From Amoebidium appalachense (lineage: Eukaryota; Protista; Ichthyosporea), in NCBI GenBank assembly GCA_963693365.1, contig CAVNZM010000016.1, forward strand, positions 4,119,957 to 4,183,956: a stretch of DNA of 64,000 bases, written 5' to 3'. Made by a program: the position numbers and the translations under genes. The notes under the pieces were generated by a model, which was not told the origin of the DNA, did not search any database, and saw nothing but the letters and a program-made list of their open reading frames with translations. Below, piece by piece: positions 1 to 22,463 of this stretch. Numbering within the stretch: position 1 is the first letter of the stretch; every line of letters starts with the position of its first letter.

Positions 1-95
1 CCACCCACCACCACCACCACTATCCACCTCCAAACCACCCCTCATGTTAATCTTCATGTTTTTTCACACACACACGTAACTACGTACTCCCTCAG

Positions 96-8484
<8,389 letters not shown>

Positions 8485-8892
8485 TTGGTCGAACACGTGA
8501 TTCGAGATTATAATGGTGATAGTCGGTTGGTGGAATCTGCTTAATTAGTACCGGGATGGTTTGTGGATTGATTATCTTGAATGTGGTGTATAAAGGGTTC
8601 TACAATTTATTTGGATTATTTGTGATATATGTTTTGTGTGTGGTTGGCTCGAGCTCTTATTTGGAAAGGAACGAGAAACAAAATAAAAAGTAAAAAAATG
8701 AAAGGGTAAAAAAGAGAGAAAGAAAAAGGAATGAGAAATAAAGAAAAAGGAAAGAAAGGATCAGAGAAAGAAAGAAAGGAAAAGGTTCACCAGCTCTTCC
8801 TGCTCTTAATTTTTGTGTGTGTGTGTGTTATGTTTTTTAGGTTTTCACATGTCTCAGACATGCATGTTGGCCACCCCTAAATGCATCTTTCC

Positions 8893-8942
<50 letters not shown>

Positions 8943-10473
8943 AGAAAAAAGAAAACACTGTCGATAGTTCAGATTTTGAATTCAAGCCCAACATATGTGT
9001 GGCCTGGCGCCCTTCTGTTTAGTTTAATTAGACTTTCAGGCCTTCTGTATATGTCGTATGATATGTCGTATGATATACCGACATGTATAGGGTGACGCCA
9101 AGTTTAGCCGAGCTCGAGTGCAAAACACTCAACAAACGTGCCAATTCGGAGCTGCGATCAATACTTTTTCATGATTTTCTGTAAAAAAATAAATATACTG
9201 ATTGAATCTTTTAATAATAAAAAAACGGTGTACACGGTTTGTCTTGGTGAAGGTGACTGACTGCATGAGCATGCACGTGCACGGCTCCACATGCATTTGT
9301 GCAAGAATAAAAAGTTAGTACATCCTGCTTAATGCAAAGAAATGCTTATGGCTCGAGAGCCCAACCACATCTGCAAAATCGAATTGCTTCCGGAGCAGAA
9401 TTATTCTGCGGAAAGCATAGTACTATTGTGCACAAAGCAGAATTATCCTGCAAAAACCGGAGCCGCTAATGTAAAGAGCGGATTTATTCTGCATATCATA
9501 TTTCAAGACCTTATGATATAAGTTACCACAAATGCACCTGAACGGGGAACCCCAACAAATTGATTTTTCTTAGTCTTTATGGTGTCTCGTAGAGAAAGTA
9601 AACCCTGATATATAGTCATCACCCGACATCTATGTACGTGATCATGATATACCGCTGAGGGGATATTCCAAGCAAAAACCCCCCATACCTGAGACTGGTC
9701 TCTCTTTGCCTCGAATAAACAGCGTAAACCCCCGGGTAATATCTCTCTTATTGATGCTGATGGGCACAAAGGATTGGTCGGCAGTGTTTTACACTATGTT
9801 GAGATTCGATGGAGCCAGTCCATCCACACACCATCACTCATGTATACAGACATTCTGTCGTTAGATCATACAGGAAATATATCTGCAGCAATATACCATC
9901 TTTAGGTGGAGGTCGAACGTTCACAAAACACAATACTAATTCAGGCAAAAATATATCCAGTGACTTGCAGAATGCACATCTTAAGACTATGAATAAGTGA
10001 TCCCTCCCTTACATGAATATTCCCAGCCGAAACCACACAAGAACGGCTGGAATATTCGTTGAATCTACAGACAACATTAGGAATTTATGCCAGCGCTCAG
10101 CTACTCGCGGCCTGCCTAACAAACACATTATGAATCTGCGTCCGAGATAGATCACTGAGATCATGCGAGCAAAACATTAATCCAAAACATCTTATCGCCT
10201 TCAAAGCTCACTCATCGGCAGCTAAACCTTGAAACGTACTTGGGAGTATCAACATAATACGAAAATTACGTAAACTTCAAGCACAACACAATGTGCGTAA
10301 ACCCTAGGCTTCCTCCTAGCCAATAAAACATTTTCAATCTGAACATAATGCACAAACGAGCACCTACTTGCCGTTAGACAGCCAACCAAACTTCGAATCA
10401 ACACGAGTCCTACATTCCATTCTTCTGGGCACATGAATTCCGCATACGACAATGCACACCACCGATGTGTTAG

Positions 10474-10513
<40 letters not shown>

Positions 10514-10700
10514 AAAAAACAAAAACAAAAACAAAAAAAAAAAACTTCCAGAGCCTGCAGGTTAGGAAGCTAACCTCATCACTGGATATGCACGCTACAG
10601 ATACGAGTAGGTGACTCTCCGAGTAATCAATTATAGTTAGCAGATATCCGAATCAACCAAAAAAAACAAAAACTAATATATAAAAAATTAAAGTTAAAAA

Positions 10701-10802
10701 TTAATAGAACTCCTCAGGGACCACCTTGTCTGTCTTCGGCTCGAAGTGTTTGGCAAAGGTCTCGGCCACAACAATCGGGAACACGAGCGTGGCATCCGTG
10801 TA

Positions 10803-10883
<81 letters not shown>

Positions 10884-11033
10884 AGGGGGGGGGGGGGGGG
10901 GGGGGGGGGGAGGAGGGAGGGGATAGATAGAATGGTGAATGCCGTAGGGAGGCAATGAGGGGAGGTTAAAATGAGGTAGGGAGGGAAGGTGGAAGAGAGA
11001 AGGTGGGGGGGGGGGGGGGGGGGGGGGAGGGGA

Positions 11034-11066
<33 letters not shown>

Positions 11067-11881
11067 AATACGTGTGAAATGATACACAAAACAGAGCACA
11101 CAATGGCAATGTGTATCAGAAGTGGGTATGGCAAAAGAAACAGGTGCAAAGTATGCAACATGAGCAAAGTTCATTCTTAGAGAAGGCAGGGAAGGATCCC
11201 CCGGGAGGGGGAGGAGGGCGGAAAGTGGGGGGGAGGGGGGTCACACAGACATGTTACATACAACCACTCACACGCCACACACACACAGACGCCTTTGCAC
11301 CCCATCATGACCCCCATCCCATCCTCCCTCCCCCCTTCAAACACACACACCAAGCCACTGGCGTGATTTACACCCGCCACACAACCCCAATAATTTCCAC
11401 ATGCACACATGCTCAAATGAACAACTACCTCCCCCCTCTCCCCCCCCCCCCCCCCCCCCCCAACACATACACACACCGCACCAAATAGAGAGCAAGAACA
11501 ATTACGCACCCCCCCCTCCCCCCTCCCCCCCCCCCTCCCCTCCCCCCGTATCTCTGCCCACCTCCCACACTGCCTTCCTTAACAACCAACTCCCCCCCTA
11601 AAGAAAGGAGGAAAAAAAAGAAGAAAGAAAGAAAGAAAGAACCAACACCCACCTTGACTGGCTCTGCCGTGATCTTGATTTTGCCCCAAGACACGGCCTC
11701 GTCAGGGCGGGCACCCTATATTGCAAAACGAACCAATCAGCAAGCTTCGACCTTGACGTCTTAAACACTCATGTATATGTAATCGTTGGGAACAGAGTGA
11801 TCAAACTCAAGGGCGAATCTTTGTTGCGACTCCTTTACCATGTTTCCGTTTTTGATCTAGCTTCTTTTTATTTTTTCTCTC

Positions 11882-11935
<54 letters not shown>

Positions 11936-12627
11936 AAAGCAGAAAGACGCCTGCACACGCCCTCACTTGTCTTTTGGTAGTGGATCGATGCAGGGTGGGG
12001 GTTGGGGTGGGGGGGGGGGGGGGTTGGAGGGGGGAGGGGGGGGGGGGGTATGAATAGCCGGATAAGGTGTGTGTACATCTGTGTCCGTGGATGAGAAAGG
12101 GGGCGGGCTGGGGGGGGGGGGGGGGGGGGGGGGTATGAATAGCCGGATAAGGTGTGTGAACATCTGGGTCCGTGGATGAGAAGTGGGCGGGCTGGGGGGG
12201 GGGGGTTGCACACCCACTCGCTTTGGCTTGCAACATGGTTCGTTAGCTCAAGTGTGTCTGTGTGCGTGTGAGTGTATGCGGAGTGAGAGACAGGGGGACA
12301 GACAGGTACGCACAGATCGAGACAGAGGGTGTGTGTGTGTACTGGTAGGGAGCCCTAGCACGGGGCGGGGAGTCACGGAAGGAGGGGTAGAGGATGGGGG
12401 GGGGGGGGGGGGGGGGACTTACGGAGTCACTTCCGTCAAACTCCTGGCCGGTGTTGATGAAGACAGAGTAGTCAGCACCATTGCGCTGTGTGGTGGGTTT
12501 GATTGGGGAAGGGAGGGGGAGAGGGGGGGGGGGGGGGGGGGGAGGCGAGAGAGAGAGAAAGAGAGAGAGAAACGAGAAAGAGGCAAGAGGTGGAGAGGAT
12601 GGTGATGTACGGGGAAGGGGGGGAAGG

Positions 12628-12659
<32 letters not shown>

Positions 12660-13157
12660 GGGGGGGTTATGATTTTGAGTTAGTTGCAAGCCTGAACAAG
12701 CGGGGGGGAGGGGGGTTTTGAATGCGTCAAAAAGTACGAAGTACACAAGAACAAACGGATAACACGATGCAGAATGCAAGCCATACATAAAGAGTATGCA
12801 TAATAAGCAGAGCCCATCCTCAGGGGGGGCCCACGTCATCCACAGTACCCGAGTTTCGACCGGGGGGGGGGGGGGAGGGGGTTATGATTTTGAGTTAGTT
12901 GCAAGCCTGAACAATGTGTTGCATCATTGGGTGCTGTAGGTGTGCAGACAAATCACAGTTGTGACAACCCAAGAAAATGTTGCCGTGTTGAAAAGGCCAG
13001 GGGAGCAAAGCCCAGGGGGAGGGAGGGAGGGAGGGAGGGAGGGAGGGAGGGAGGGAGGGCGGGAGGAAGACAGAGAGAGAGGGGGGGGGGGGGGGGGGGG
13101 ATGAGAGGAGAGGAGAGGAGCAAGGGTGGTGGTGGTGTTGGTGGTGTGTGTGTGTGT

Positions 13158-13206
<49 letters not shown>

Positions 13207-13425
13207 TCCAGTACCATGAGATTTGCGTTGCAGATGTGGTGCTTGATAACACCGCCACCCAGAATGATCATGCCGGTATGCGAGGCAAACACAGCCTCAC
13301 TGTTGATGCGCCGGATATCTGTTAAAAAAATTAATGAAAAGTGAGTTAAAATATAATTTTTGGGATTTTTGTTGCCCTCTTTTGGGGAGAGGGAGAGGGA
13401 GAAGGTGCAAATGCAGGGACATATA

Positions 13426-13457
<32 letters not shown>

Positions 13458-13535
13458 ACACCCCCCCCCCCCCCCCCCACACACTCCAACACCAACCCAC
13501 CACCCACCCAATCACCCACACTCTCCCATCCAGCA

Positions 13536-13612
<77 letters not shown>

Positions 13613-14037
13613 CAAAAGTAAAACAAAAACGTAAGATATGAGAAAAGCATAAGCACCCACCTTCGACAAGGTCCAGAACCAACCCGGGGTTTCTGAAGGA
13701 GTGGAAGTAGAGCATGTCTCCGAGAGACCCGTCGGTGATGGCAGGGCAGAAAACGGGGATGTTGTGCTGTTTGTGCGTGTGTGTGTGTGTGCGAGCGCGC
13801 GAGAGCGCGCGTGTGTGTACGTGTGTATACGTGTACGGGTGTGTGTTTACAGGTGGGTGTGTGTGCACGTGCGTCCACGCGTGTCAGGTGTGTGTGTGTT
13901 GGCATGTGCCACGGGTGCTTGAGTCGGTGTGGGTGTGTTTGTGTGGGTACATACAGGTGTGGGTATATGTGTGGGGAGAGAGCGAGGCGGGCGGGCTGGC
14001 GGGCGGAGGGTTGGGCGGGCGTGGTGGTGTGGTGGTG

Positions 14038-14068
<31 letters not shown>

Positions 14069-14178
14069 GGGGGGGGGAGGAAGAGTAAGATACTGCTGGT
14101 TTTTATTTTTCTTCATCGAAAAGAGATTATTGTGCTGAACAGATGGCGGGTGGGAAGTGAGTGATGAGCACGGAACGG

Positions 14179-14230
<52 letters not shown>

Positions 14231-14374
14231 ATGTGTGTGCGTGTGTGTGTTCTCTCTCTCTGTCCCTCTCTCACAACCCCATGTGCTTTGCAACTGCATG
14301 TTTATGTGGGTCTTTGGGGTGTAAATCTGTCTGTGTGCTGTGTGCGCAATGGGCACACCCGTGGGAGCATTTGC

Positions 14375-14412
<38 letters not shown>

Positions 14413-14423
14413 GGGGGTGGAGT

Positions 14424-14455
<32 letters not shown>

Positions 14456-15589
14456 TGGGTGGGTGGGAGGGGAGCAGCCTAATTCGGAGAAGTTCAGATT
14501 AAGAAGTAAACATAGTGACGGGTCACACGTTGCAATTTTGCAGCGGAAAAGGGGGGGGGAGTGGGGGGGGGGGGGCACAAGTACCTTGTATGCCCAGTAG
14601 TAGACGGACTCGGGGTTGTTGATTTCCTTGCCGAGACGGGCAATCATCTTGGAGGGGGTCCACCGAACACCCTGCCAGGCGACAAAATTAGTGTTTTGCT
14701 AAAAACAACACAAAGGAAGAGATTCGATGGTTAGCTCCCCTCCCTCCCCTTCTCCCCCGCCCCCCCCCTCCCTCCCTCCCCCCCCCCCCCCCACAAACAT
14801 GAACACAAAAAGGTTCACACTAAAACACAAACAAGCACACACATGGAAACACACACACACACACACAAACACATGGAACCACATACACACACAAACACCA
14901 TGGCTATAAATAGCCGCTGTAGAGTACTTTAAACACACGGTTAAAGAACTCACATGTGTGTTCTGCTCGTGCAGCATGGCGTCCAAAATAGGAAACACCC
15001 AGTCCTCGAACTTGCAGTAGTTGTCGTTGGGCACAAGCAGGTTGCCGATACGGTTGATCCCCTTTTTGCGCAAATCAAGACCTGAAACAGACCCGTGTTA
15101 GGTCAGAGAAAGAGATTGGTACTAATAACTGGGACGGGTTGGGGGGGAGGGTCAGCTGTTGAAGTTCTTATGGTAATTTCTTCAGATTGTATTTGTATAT
15201 CATATACATAAAGCCAAGATCAGCCGACGTCGTAGCCAATCACAATAAAAGCTTCCATGAAACAATCATGCCTTGGTCAGAAATTCCCAGCTTCAAAAAT
15301 TGTAAACACGATCTAAACTTGTTGACATGATGCATTAGCAGTTACCAAAAATATGCTCATTCATCGGACAAAAACAAAAAGCCTCAAACCCATATAAGCC
15401 GCCATCAAAAGCTCCTAACGCCATATACACGCATGAAATTTAAAACTTATTGTGGGTGGTACATACCCTTGAGGGCGAAGTCACCGACATATGTTGGTGC
15501 CAGGCACTTGATGAAGTCCTCTTCGACACCACCGGCTGACGACACAATCACATCCACCTGTGAACAGAGGTTGGAAATCAACAAAGGGA

Positions 15590-15674
<85 letters not shown>

Positions 15675-15803
15675 GTAAGAGAGAGACTGGGGGGCAGGGA
15701 AAGAAGAGAGAACGTGGGGGGAGGGGGAAGAGAGAGTGAGATGAGGAATAGACAGACGAGGAGAGTGTGTGTGTGCAGGAGAGGAGGATGGGGAGGATGG
15801 GGA

Positions 15804-15843
<40 letters not shown>

Positions 15844-15958
15844 CAGAGAACTACACACAGACACAACTTGTCCAAGGATACACAATGATGCACGGAGCAG
15901 GAGCAAGACACGGAGCAGGAGCAAGACACACACACGACAAAGCCCTCGTCTAGATTCG

Positions 15959-16008
<50 letters not shown>

Positions 16009-16437
16009 CATGCACACATGTGTGTGTACAAGAAGCAGTTCTAGAGCTGCCTCGTTGCAACGCCCCCATCATCCCCCCCCCCCCCCCCCGGGCTCCCTCC
16101 CCCCCTCCCTTCTCCACGACCAAAAAAGGAAGAGAAGAAGGAAGGAAATTAAAAGAAAAGGAGAACACGAAAGTAAACAAGTACACAGGGGAAAAGAAAC
16201 ACGACAAAAATATATGAGGAAGTAAAAAAGAATACCACACAGAAAAAAATAAAAGGACTCACCATGCGGTTCTGAGCGAGATAGCGGAAGGTCTCTCTCA
16301 GGCCGGATGAGATCAGGTTGGAAGTGTAGCCAAGAAAGATTTTGCACCGCCTCTGCGCACGGTAGTTTGGATCTGTGAATAGGGTTGTGGGTGGTGTTAG
16401 TGGTGGTGTGTGTATGTGTGTGTATGTGTGTGTGTGT

Positions 16438-16473
<36 letters not shown>

Positions 16474-17575
16474 AAGAATGTGGTACAAAGCACCACATAT
16501 AGGTTGACGACGGACAAACTACCACAATTTATTTTTTTGAAAACACAATTGGAGGGCGGAAGGGGGTGAAAAATATGGTATCATGCAAGGTATATATCAC
16601 AACACGAAGGCTAAAGCATCTCCACACAAAGAACGGCCCCGACGCCCATCAACAGACATCCCCTTCTCCCCCGCCCCTCCCCCTCACCCCCCCCCCCCCT
16701 CAACAAACGCACACACATATCCCTTCTCCTCCCCCCCACCCCTTCGGATCCTCCCCCTCCCCCCCCCCCCCCACCACCACCACCACCACCACCACCACCA
16801 AGCACGAACACACACACATTCTCTCACCCCCCCTCCGCCCCAAACACACCCTCACACTTCTCCCCTTCCCCCCCCCCCCTCCCCCCCCCCCCCCCCTCAC
16901 CAACCCTTCCCCAGCATCAGGCTCACAAACATACATGTATATATACCTCTCTGCTCCTCATCTGCGTCCGGAGCAATTGGCTCATCACTGAGCCTCCATT
17001 TGATCTGCAAACAAACCAGTCAACCTCGTAAGCATCGTTGCAGGGGACAGAGGGCCTGCCCGCGGGCCAGGGGGGGGGAGGGGGGGGGGATTGAACACAC
17101 GAAACATTGCAAGGCAAAAAAAAAAAAAAAAAACATGGGGGCGGAGGGAAATGTGTTTAGGGCGTGGGGGGGGGCGGGCTGCTAGCATGTGTTTAGAATA
17201 GGAAGGACAAATTGATGACACAGTAACGGACAACACAATGCAGAGCCCAAACCATCATATGCAGAGGCGCCGGGGGGAGGGGGGGATGTCATAATGTAAT
17301 AGACATAAGAGGTGCACATTCACAATGGGAAAAAGAAGCCAGGCATGAAAAAAGGAAGAGGGAAGGGGGGACGGGGAGGGGGCCAAGATACTGGCAGTGG
17401 AAAGCCAGAAAAATACCACACTGGGCCGGGAATGCACAACAAACGTGTGTGCGTGTGCCGTGTGTGTGTGTGTGTGTGAGTGCGTGTGCGGGCGTGTGCA
17501 TGTGTGTGCACGTTTGTGTGTCCGTGCATGCATGCGTCTGGTGCATGTGTGTGCCCGTGCGCGTGTGTACGGGTT

Positions 17576-17611
<36 letters not shown>

Positions 17612-18569
17612 GGACCACACTCAGGTGAAAGTGTGTGTGTTGGTGTGTGTGTGTGTATGCAGGTGCGGGTGTGTGTGTGTCTGTTGGATGGATGGGTGGG
17701 TGGGTGGTGCTGGTGGTGGCGGTGGGGGGGCACATGAATAGCCTAGGGAAGAGAACGGGGAAGGAGGGGGAAGCGGCCGTGGCGGAGGGGCACGGAAGGG
17801 CCCGGGGGGAGGGAGGAGGGGGGGGGGGGGGGGGGGCAGGGGGGGGCTTGCTGCTGCTGTTGCTTGGCTTTTCCTCCACACCCCATCCCCCCCCCCCGCC
17901 CCTCCCCACACCACCACCACCTCCCCCTCCAGCCCCCGCACAGACACACCTTTGCCCCCTCATTCTGATACCCTTCTCCCCCCTCCCTTCCCCTCCCCCC
18001 CCCTCCCTCCCCCCGCCTCCCCCCCCCCAACAACCATCCCATTCCCCATATCCTCCGTGCCGGCCGATTGTCCTGCCCTCTCCCCCCATGTTCGACATAA
18101 AATCTAAACCGCACACATGCCGCTAAGCATTCCTTTAGCCCACAAAAACACCATCAACCCCCCCTCCCCCAACTCTTAACCCAATCACCCCCCTCCCCCC
18201 CCCCCCCCCCCCGTCACTCCCCCCTCCCCTCACACACACAAACCCTCCCCCCTACCCCCTCTCCCCTTGATGTTCCATCGTTCGTTTTGAGCCGATTGAG
18301 AGGGGAAAAGGAGAAAAAACCAGGGGAAACGTTAAAAAAAAACGCGCGGAAAAATACGCACCATCCTGTTGATCTCATTGATAGCCTGAGCCAACGAAGT
18401 GGCCTGGTATCCCGTGGTGAGATACGATTTGAACATCTTCTCATAGTCAACCCCCTGGCTGAAATCGTAACCAACTACAGTGTCGGCATTTTCAGGCACG
18501 CTGCTGCGCATAAAAACAGCCGCCTGATGTGCAATATGTCAGATACGTTGTTCGGTTATATTTGGCAAT

Positions 18570-18647
<78 letters not shown>

Positions 18648-19121
18648 ATGTGCCACGGTGTTTTTGCTTGGGCATTTGTGCTTGTTTTTGTGTGTGTGGT
18701 TGCTGTGTAATCCTGTGCACCTGCATCCAGCGAGCCTATGTGTGTGAACCTCTCAAAAGCGTGCCCACGGGATTGAAACATGTTGTCATCATTCTAAGAG
18801 TGTGATTATAGCCGTGTGTATCCCCTTACCCCCTGCCCCTTTAAGCCCTCCAAATCATCACCAGAAGAACGACCATCGTTATGCCCCTCCCCTGCCCCCC
18901 CCTCCCCCCCCCCCCAAAAACCCCCAACCCCCAACCCCACCCCCATCTCACCTTCCTGTGTGTACACGCCCAAGCTATACCCACTCTGCTCCCCATCCCC
19001 CTTTGTCTCTTCCTAAACAAGAAGTCCAGTACAAAACATCAACATAGGTCATTGAATTATGGTCATGTTGTGCACACACCTGTGATACTTCGGGCGCAGT
19101 CTGAGACTGTTCGTTCGTCAT
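10701..19121 (-). CDS. DHPS: Deoxyhypusine synthase, complete, 12 exons
   Basis: Exons on minus: 19121-19080 (MTNEQ..), 18523-18362 ([16 protein letters not shown]), 17004-16947, 16372-16263 ([17 protein letters not shown]), 15557-15467 ([14 protein letters not shown]), 15081-14954 ([21 protein letters not shown]), 14671-14585 ([15 protein letters not shown]), 13766-13661 ([14 protein letters not shown]), 13318-13215 ([17 protein letters not shown]), 12485-12423 ([11 protein letters not shown]), 11715-11653 ([13 protein letters not shown], with the active-site Lys), 10805-10701 (DATLVFP, TAA). Confidence 0.97.
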
Positions 19122-19961
19122 CTTGACCTGTCACACCCCAACAGTTAGTTATCCTCAGAAGTTTATTCTCTTCAATATTGTTAGCATTGACATCAGAAGG
19201 CGTTAGAGATGCATGTGAGCACTGTGGTGAAAGTACGGTACCACCAAACCGTTGCCACGTGATGTGTTATAGGCAGGATCATGAAGCGTTGTGGTAGGAT
19301 CTGAAGTGTTGTGGTTGTTTCTCCAAGACGCAACAGCGGAACCAGACATTTTAAATTCGAATCGAGTTGGAGGGCGTTTTTTGAACATTACGGGTCCCAA
19401 CGCATCTAAACCACGTACATTTTTTGTTTATTTTGGTTCAACTTGCACACGCTACACCCATGGATTTTTCATGAACGTTGTGCTTTCGGCTAACCTTTTC
19501 TCCCAAGTTTGCTACCCTCTCATATCCACCCCCAGGCACATCTTATGTGCACAACCCAAGGACCTCCTGATCACCTCACACTTACAATTTGTATGTTCGA
19601 CGGCGCTATTGGCGTCTGTCTTGCGTGCGATGATTGGAGTGGATTGGCCTTGCAGATGATTTACACAAGTGGACTTGGTGTAGCTCCGTCAAAGTTTGCG
19701 AGTCACTGACTCACTGTGTGCGTGTGTGCGGCTGAGAAGCTACACGTGCACATTGCAGCCTTTGGAATGTCTGGTTGGGCAGGCAGCCAATGGAACTAGA
19801 CGAATAGATCTATTCTATTTTTAGGTGCTGGGCATGGAGACGAATAGATCTGTAGTTGCAACAACTTATGTGGCCTGCCAGTGACAACAGGAGACCCAAA
19901 AAAAAAAAAAAAAAAAAAAAAAAAAACACATACAAGAGGCCGCAGGGAGACAGCACTCAGA
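19122..19961. promoter_or_regulatory. Probable bidirectional promoter between DHPS and the BTB gene
   Basis: About 840 bp, largely free of microsatellites, between two divergent predicted start codons. Positional inference only. Confidence 0.45.
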
Positions 19962-21149
19962 ATGACTAGTGTGAGCAGGCTGCAGCTGAGCGAGAAAACA
20001 CAACCGTCGCTATGTAACATTGAATTCAGCAAATTCAGCTCGAAGTGCATGCATACACTGTGATATAGCCCCGTATCACCACGGTTTCTTCAGGTTATTT
20101 TAAGTTTTTTCGCGGTCTGTTTATAACCGGATAAGGCTGTGCACACACACAAACACGAACAGTCGCGCTCTCGCCGCGGAGGTCAAAAACATAGGAAGGT
20201 CCTGTGCCTGGAGTTTGGAACAGCTGGAAGCGCTGGTCCAGAAGCTGTGCGAACAAGAACAGGCACTCGAGCAGGAAAAAAAACCTCTCTGAAAGAGGAA
20301 AAGAGGCAGCTCGCAGAAGAAAGGTGGGTGCTGGCGCCCCACTAGTGATAAGAATAGTTTTCTTGGCACTTCCTCATCATCATGGCTCCCATCGTTGCAT
20401 GGGTGATGTAGGAACAAGTCAAGCTCGTATGATCGTTTAGAGTGTGGAAATGTCAAGTGGGGAAAAGAATTCATGGAAAAAGGACACGTTAGAACGGGGA
20501 GGGAAGAAAGGAGGGGGGCGGGCGGGGGGGGGGGGGGGGGGGGGAGGGAGGGGAGGGGAGGGAGGGGGGGGGAAGGGGGGGGGGGGGGGGGGGGGAAGGG
20601 GATAAAGGGGGAGAAGGGATGGAAGGGAGGTTGGGTTTGGAGAGAGATAGGGAGAGGGGGGGGCAGGGCGGGGGGTGAGATAGAGAGAGAGAGGGGTGGG
20701 TGGGCGTGTGTGCGCGCGTTTGTGTGTGCTGAAAGTGTAGGGAAGGGGAGCGAGAAGGTCCGAGGGTGAGAGAAAGAAAGGGACAGAGGGAGGGACAGAG
20801 ACAAGGGGAGAGAGAGAGAAGAGAGGGCTGAGAATGAGGGGATATGGGGAATGAGGAGGAGTTTCTCACCATGCACACACTTGTGATGTTGTTCAAAACG
20901 ATAACTGTATCGTTAAAAGTAACATCTCCTTAAGTAGTTTGGCAGACACATGACACTTCCCGCGCGCGCGTGCACACACACACACACACAGACACACAAG
21001 TACACACGTATACAAGTACACACACACACCACGCGCGCTCACTCACTCACTCACTCATTTGTATTCACTTATCCGCACATTCACTCACTTACTCCTCACT
21101 CGTTACATTCAAACACACAACCCAGCCTGCCGTCACCCGCATGTGCACG

Positions 21150-21226
<77 letters not shown>

Positions 21227-22347
21227 GTGAGAGCATTGAAAGACGAACCTCCCTCTCCCCCTCTCTCTCTCCCCCCCTCCCCCCCCCCCCCCCCCCCACA
21301 CACACACACCCACCCACCCACAAATCCACAAATGCACCCCCCGTGCAAAGGGTGTACACGCTAAGCACGTACTCTTAAAGACACAACGGCCTTGCACACA
21401 AGACCCCCATTCTCCCCCCCTCCCCCCCTCCCCCCTCCCCCCCCTCCCCCCTGTCCCCCGGGCACCCGGGGCCTGTTTGCGGAAGAAAAGGAGCGCGGAA
21501 TGTTTGTCATCATGAAAGTTTTTTGTGTATCGGAGTCCTATCCATTGCTGTAGTTTTTTTTCATGTTAATAAGGCTGAGACACAACCTTTTTTTGAGTTG
21601 GATGGAAGAAGGGTTGGGTGGTGGGGGGGGGGGGGGGGGGGGGGGGGGGAGGGGAGAAAGGAAGATGGGGGGGGGGAGGGGAAGATAGGGGCCCCGGAGG
21701 AAAGGGGGTGAGGGGGGGGGGGGGGGGGGGGGATGGATGCCAATAAGGCCAGGACGGGTAGCGAAATATGCCTATTTTTGCTTGGCGTTGCATTATCGTG
21801 TTTATTATTGCCCATGTTCTTTTCCTGCCCCTGTTCTTTTCCTTTGCACCCCCAAGTTCCACGACCGTCCTGAAGACACTATCATCACATTAACACATGC
21901 CTTCTCGCCTCCCCCCTCTATTTTGTGATTTATTAAACCCTGCCAACTCCCCCCCCCCCCCCCCCCCCCTTTTTTTCGCCCACCTCCTACTTCCTTGTTG
22001 GGCTTCAACCTCGATCCCGAGCTCTTCCCATGCATGCTTTTGCCTGTGATGTCTGCTTGTGCTCTCATAAGTAACCCTGCTTGTCTATTAACACGGGAGA
22101 CCCAACCATGTTCACGTGAAGCAGTATCTGATTAGGTTTTTGCATGCAAGGTGAATGGGTCGAAACTTTGATACTGTGGATGACTTGCCCCCCCCCCCCC
22201 CCCCCCCCCCCCCCTTCTGAGAATGGGCTCTGCTTTATATGCATACTCTTTGTGTGTCTTTTTGGTGCAAACCTGTAGTGTGTTATCCGTTGTGAGTGTG
22301 TACCTCATACCCTGGAACACATTCTAACTCCCCCCTCTCCCCTCCCC

Positions 22348-22378
<31 letters not shown>

Positions 22379-22427
22379 ACACACCCTCCTCCCACACACA
22401 ACGCACCACATCGCTACACACACACTG

Positions 22428-22463
<36 letters not shown>

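Noticed and set aside
9395-9492. Mini-CRISPR reading of the three palindromes
   Set aside because: The repeats are only 15 bp, degenerate and three in number, with no associated genes. Kept only as a motif array.
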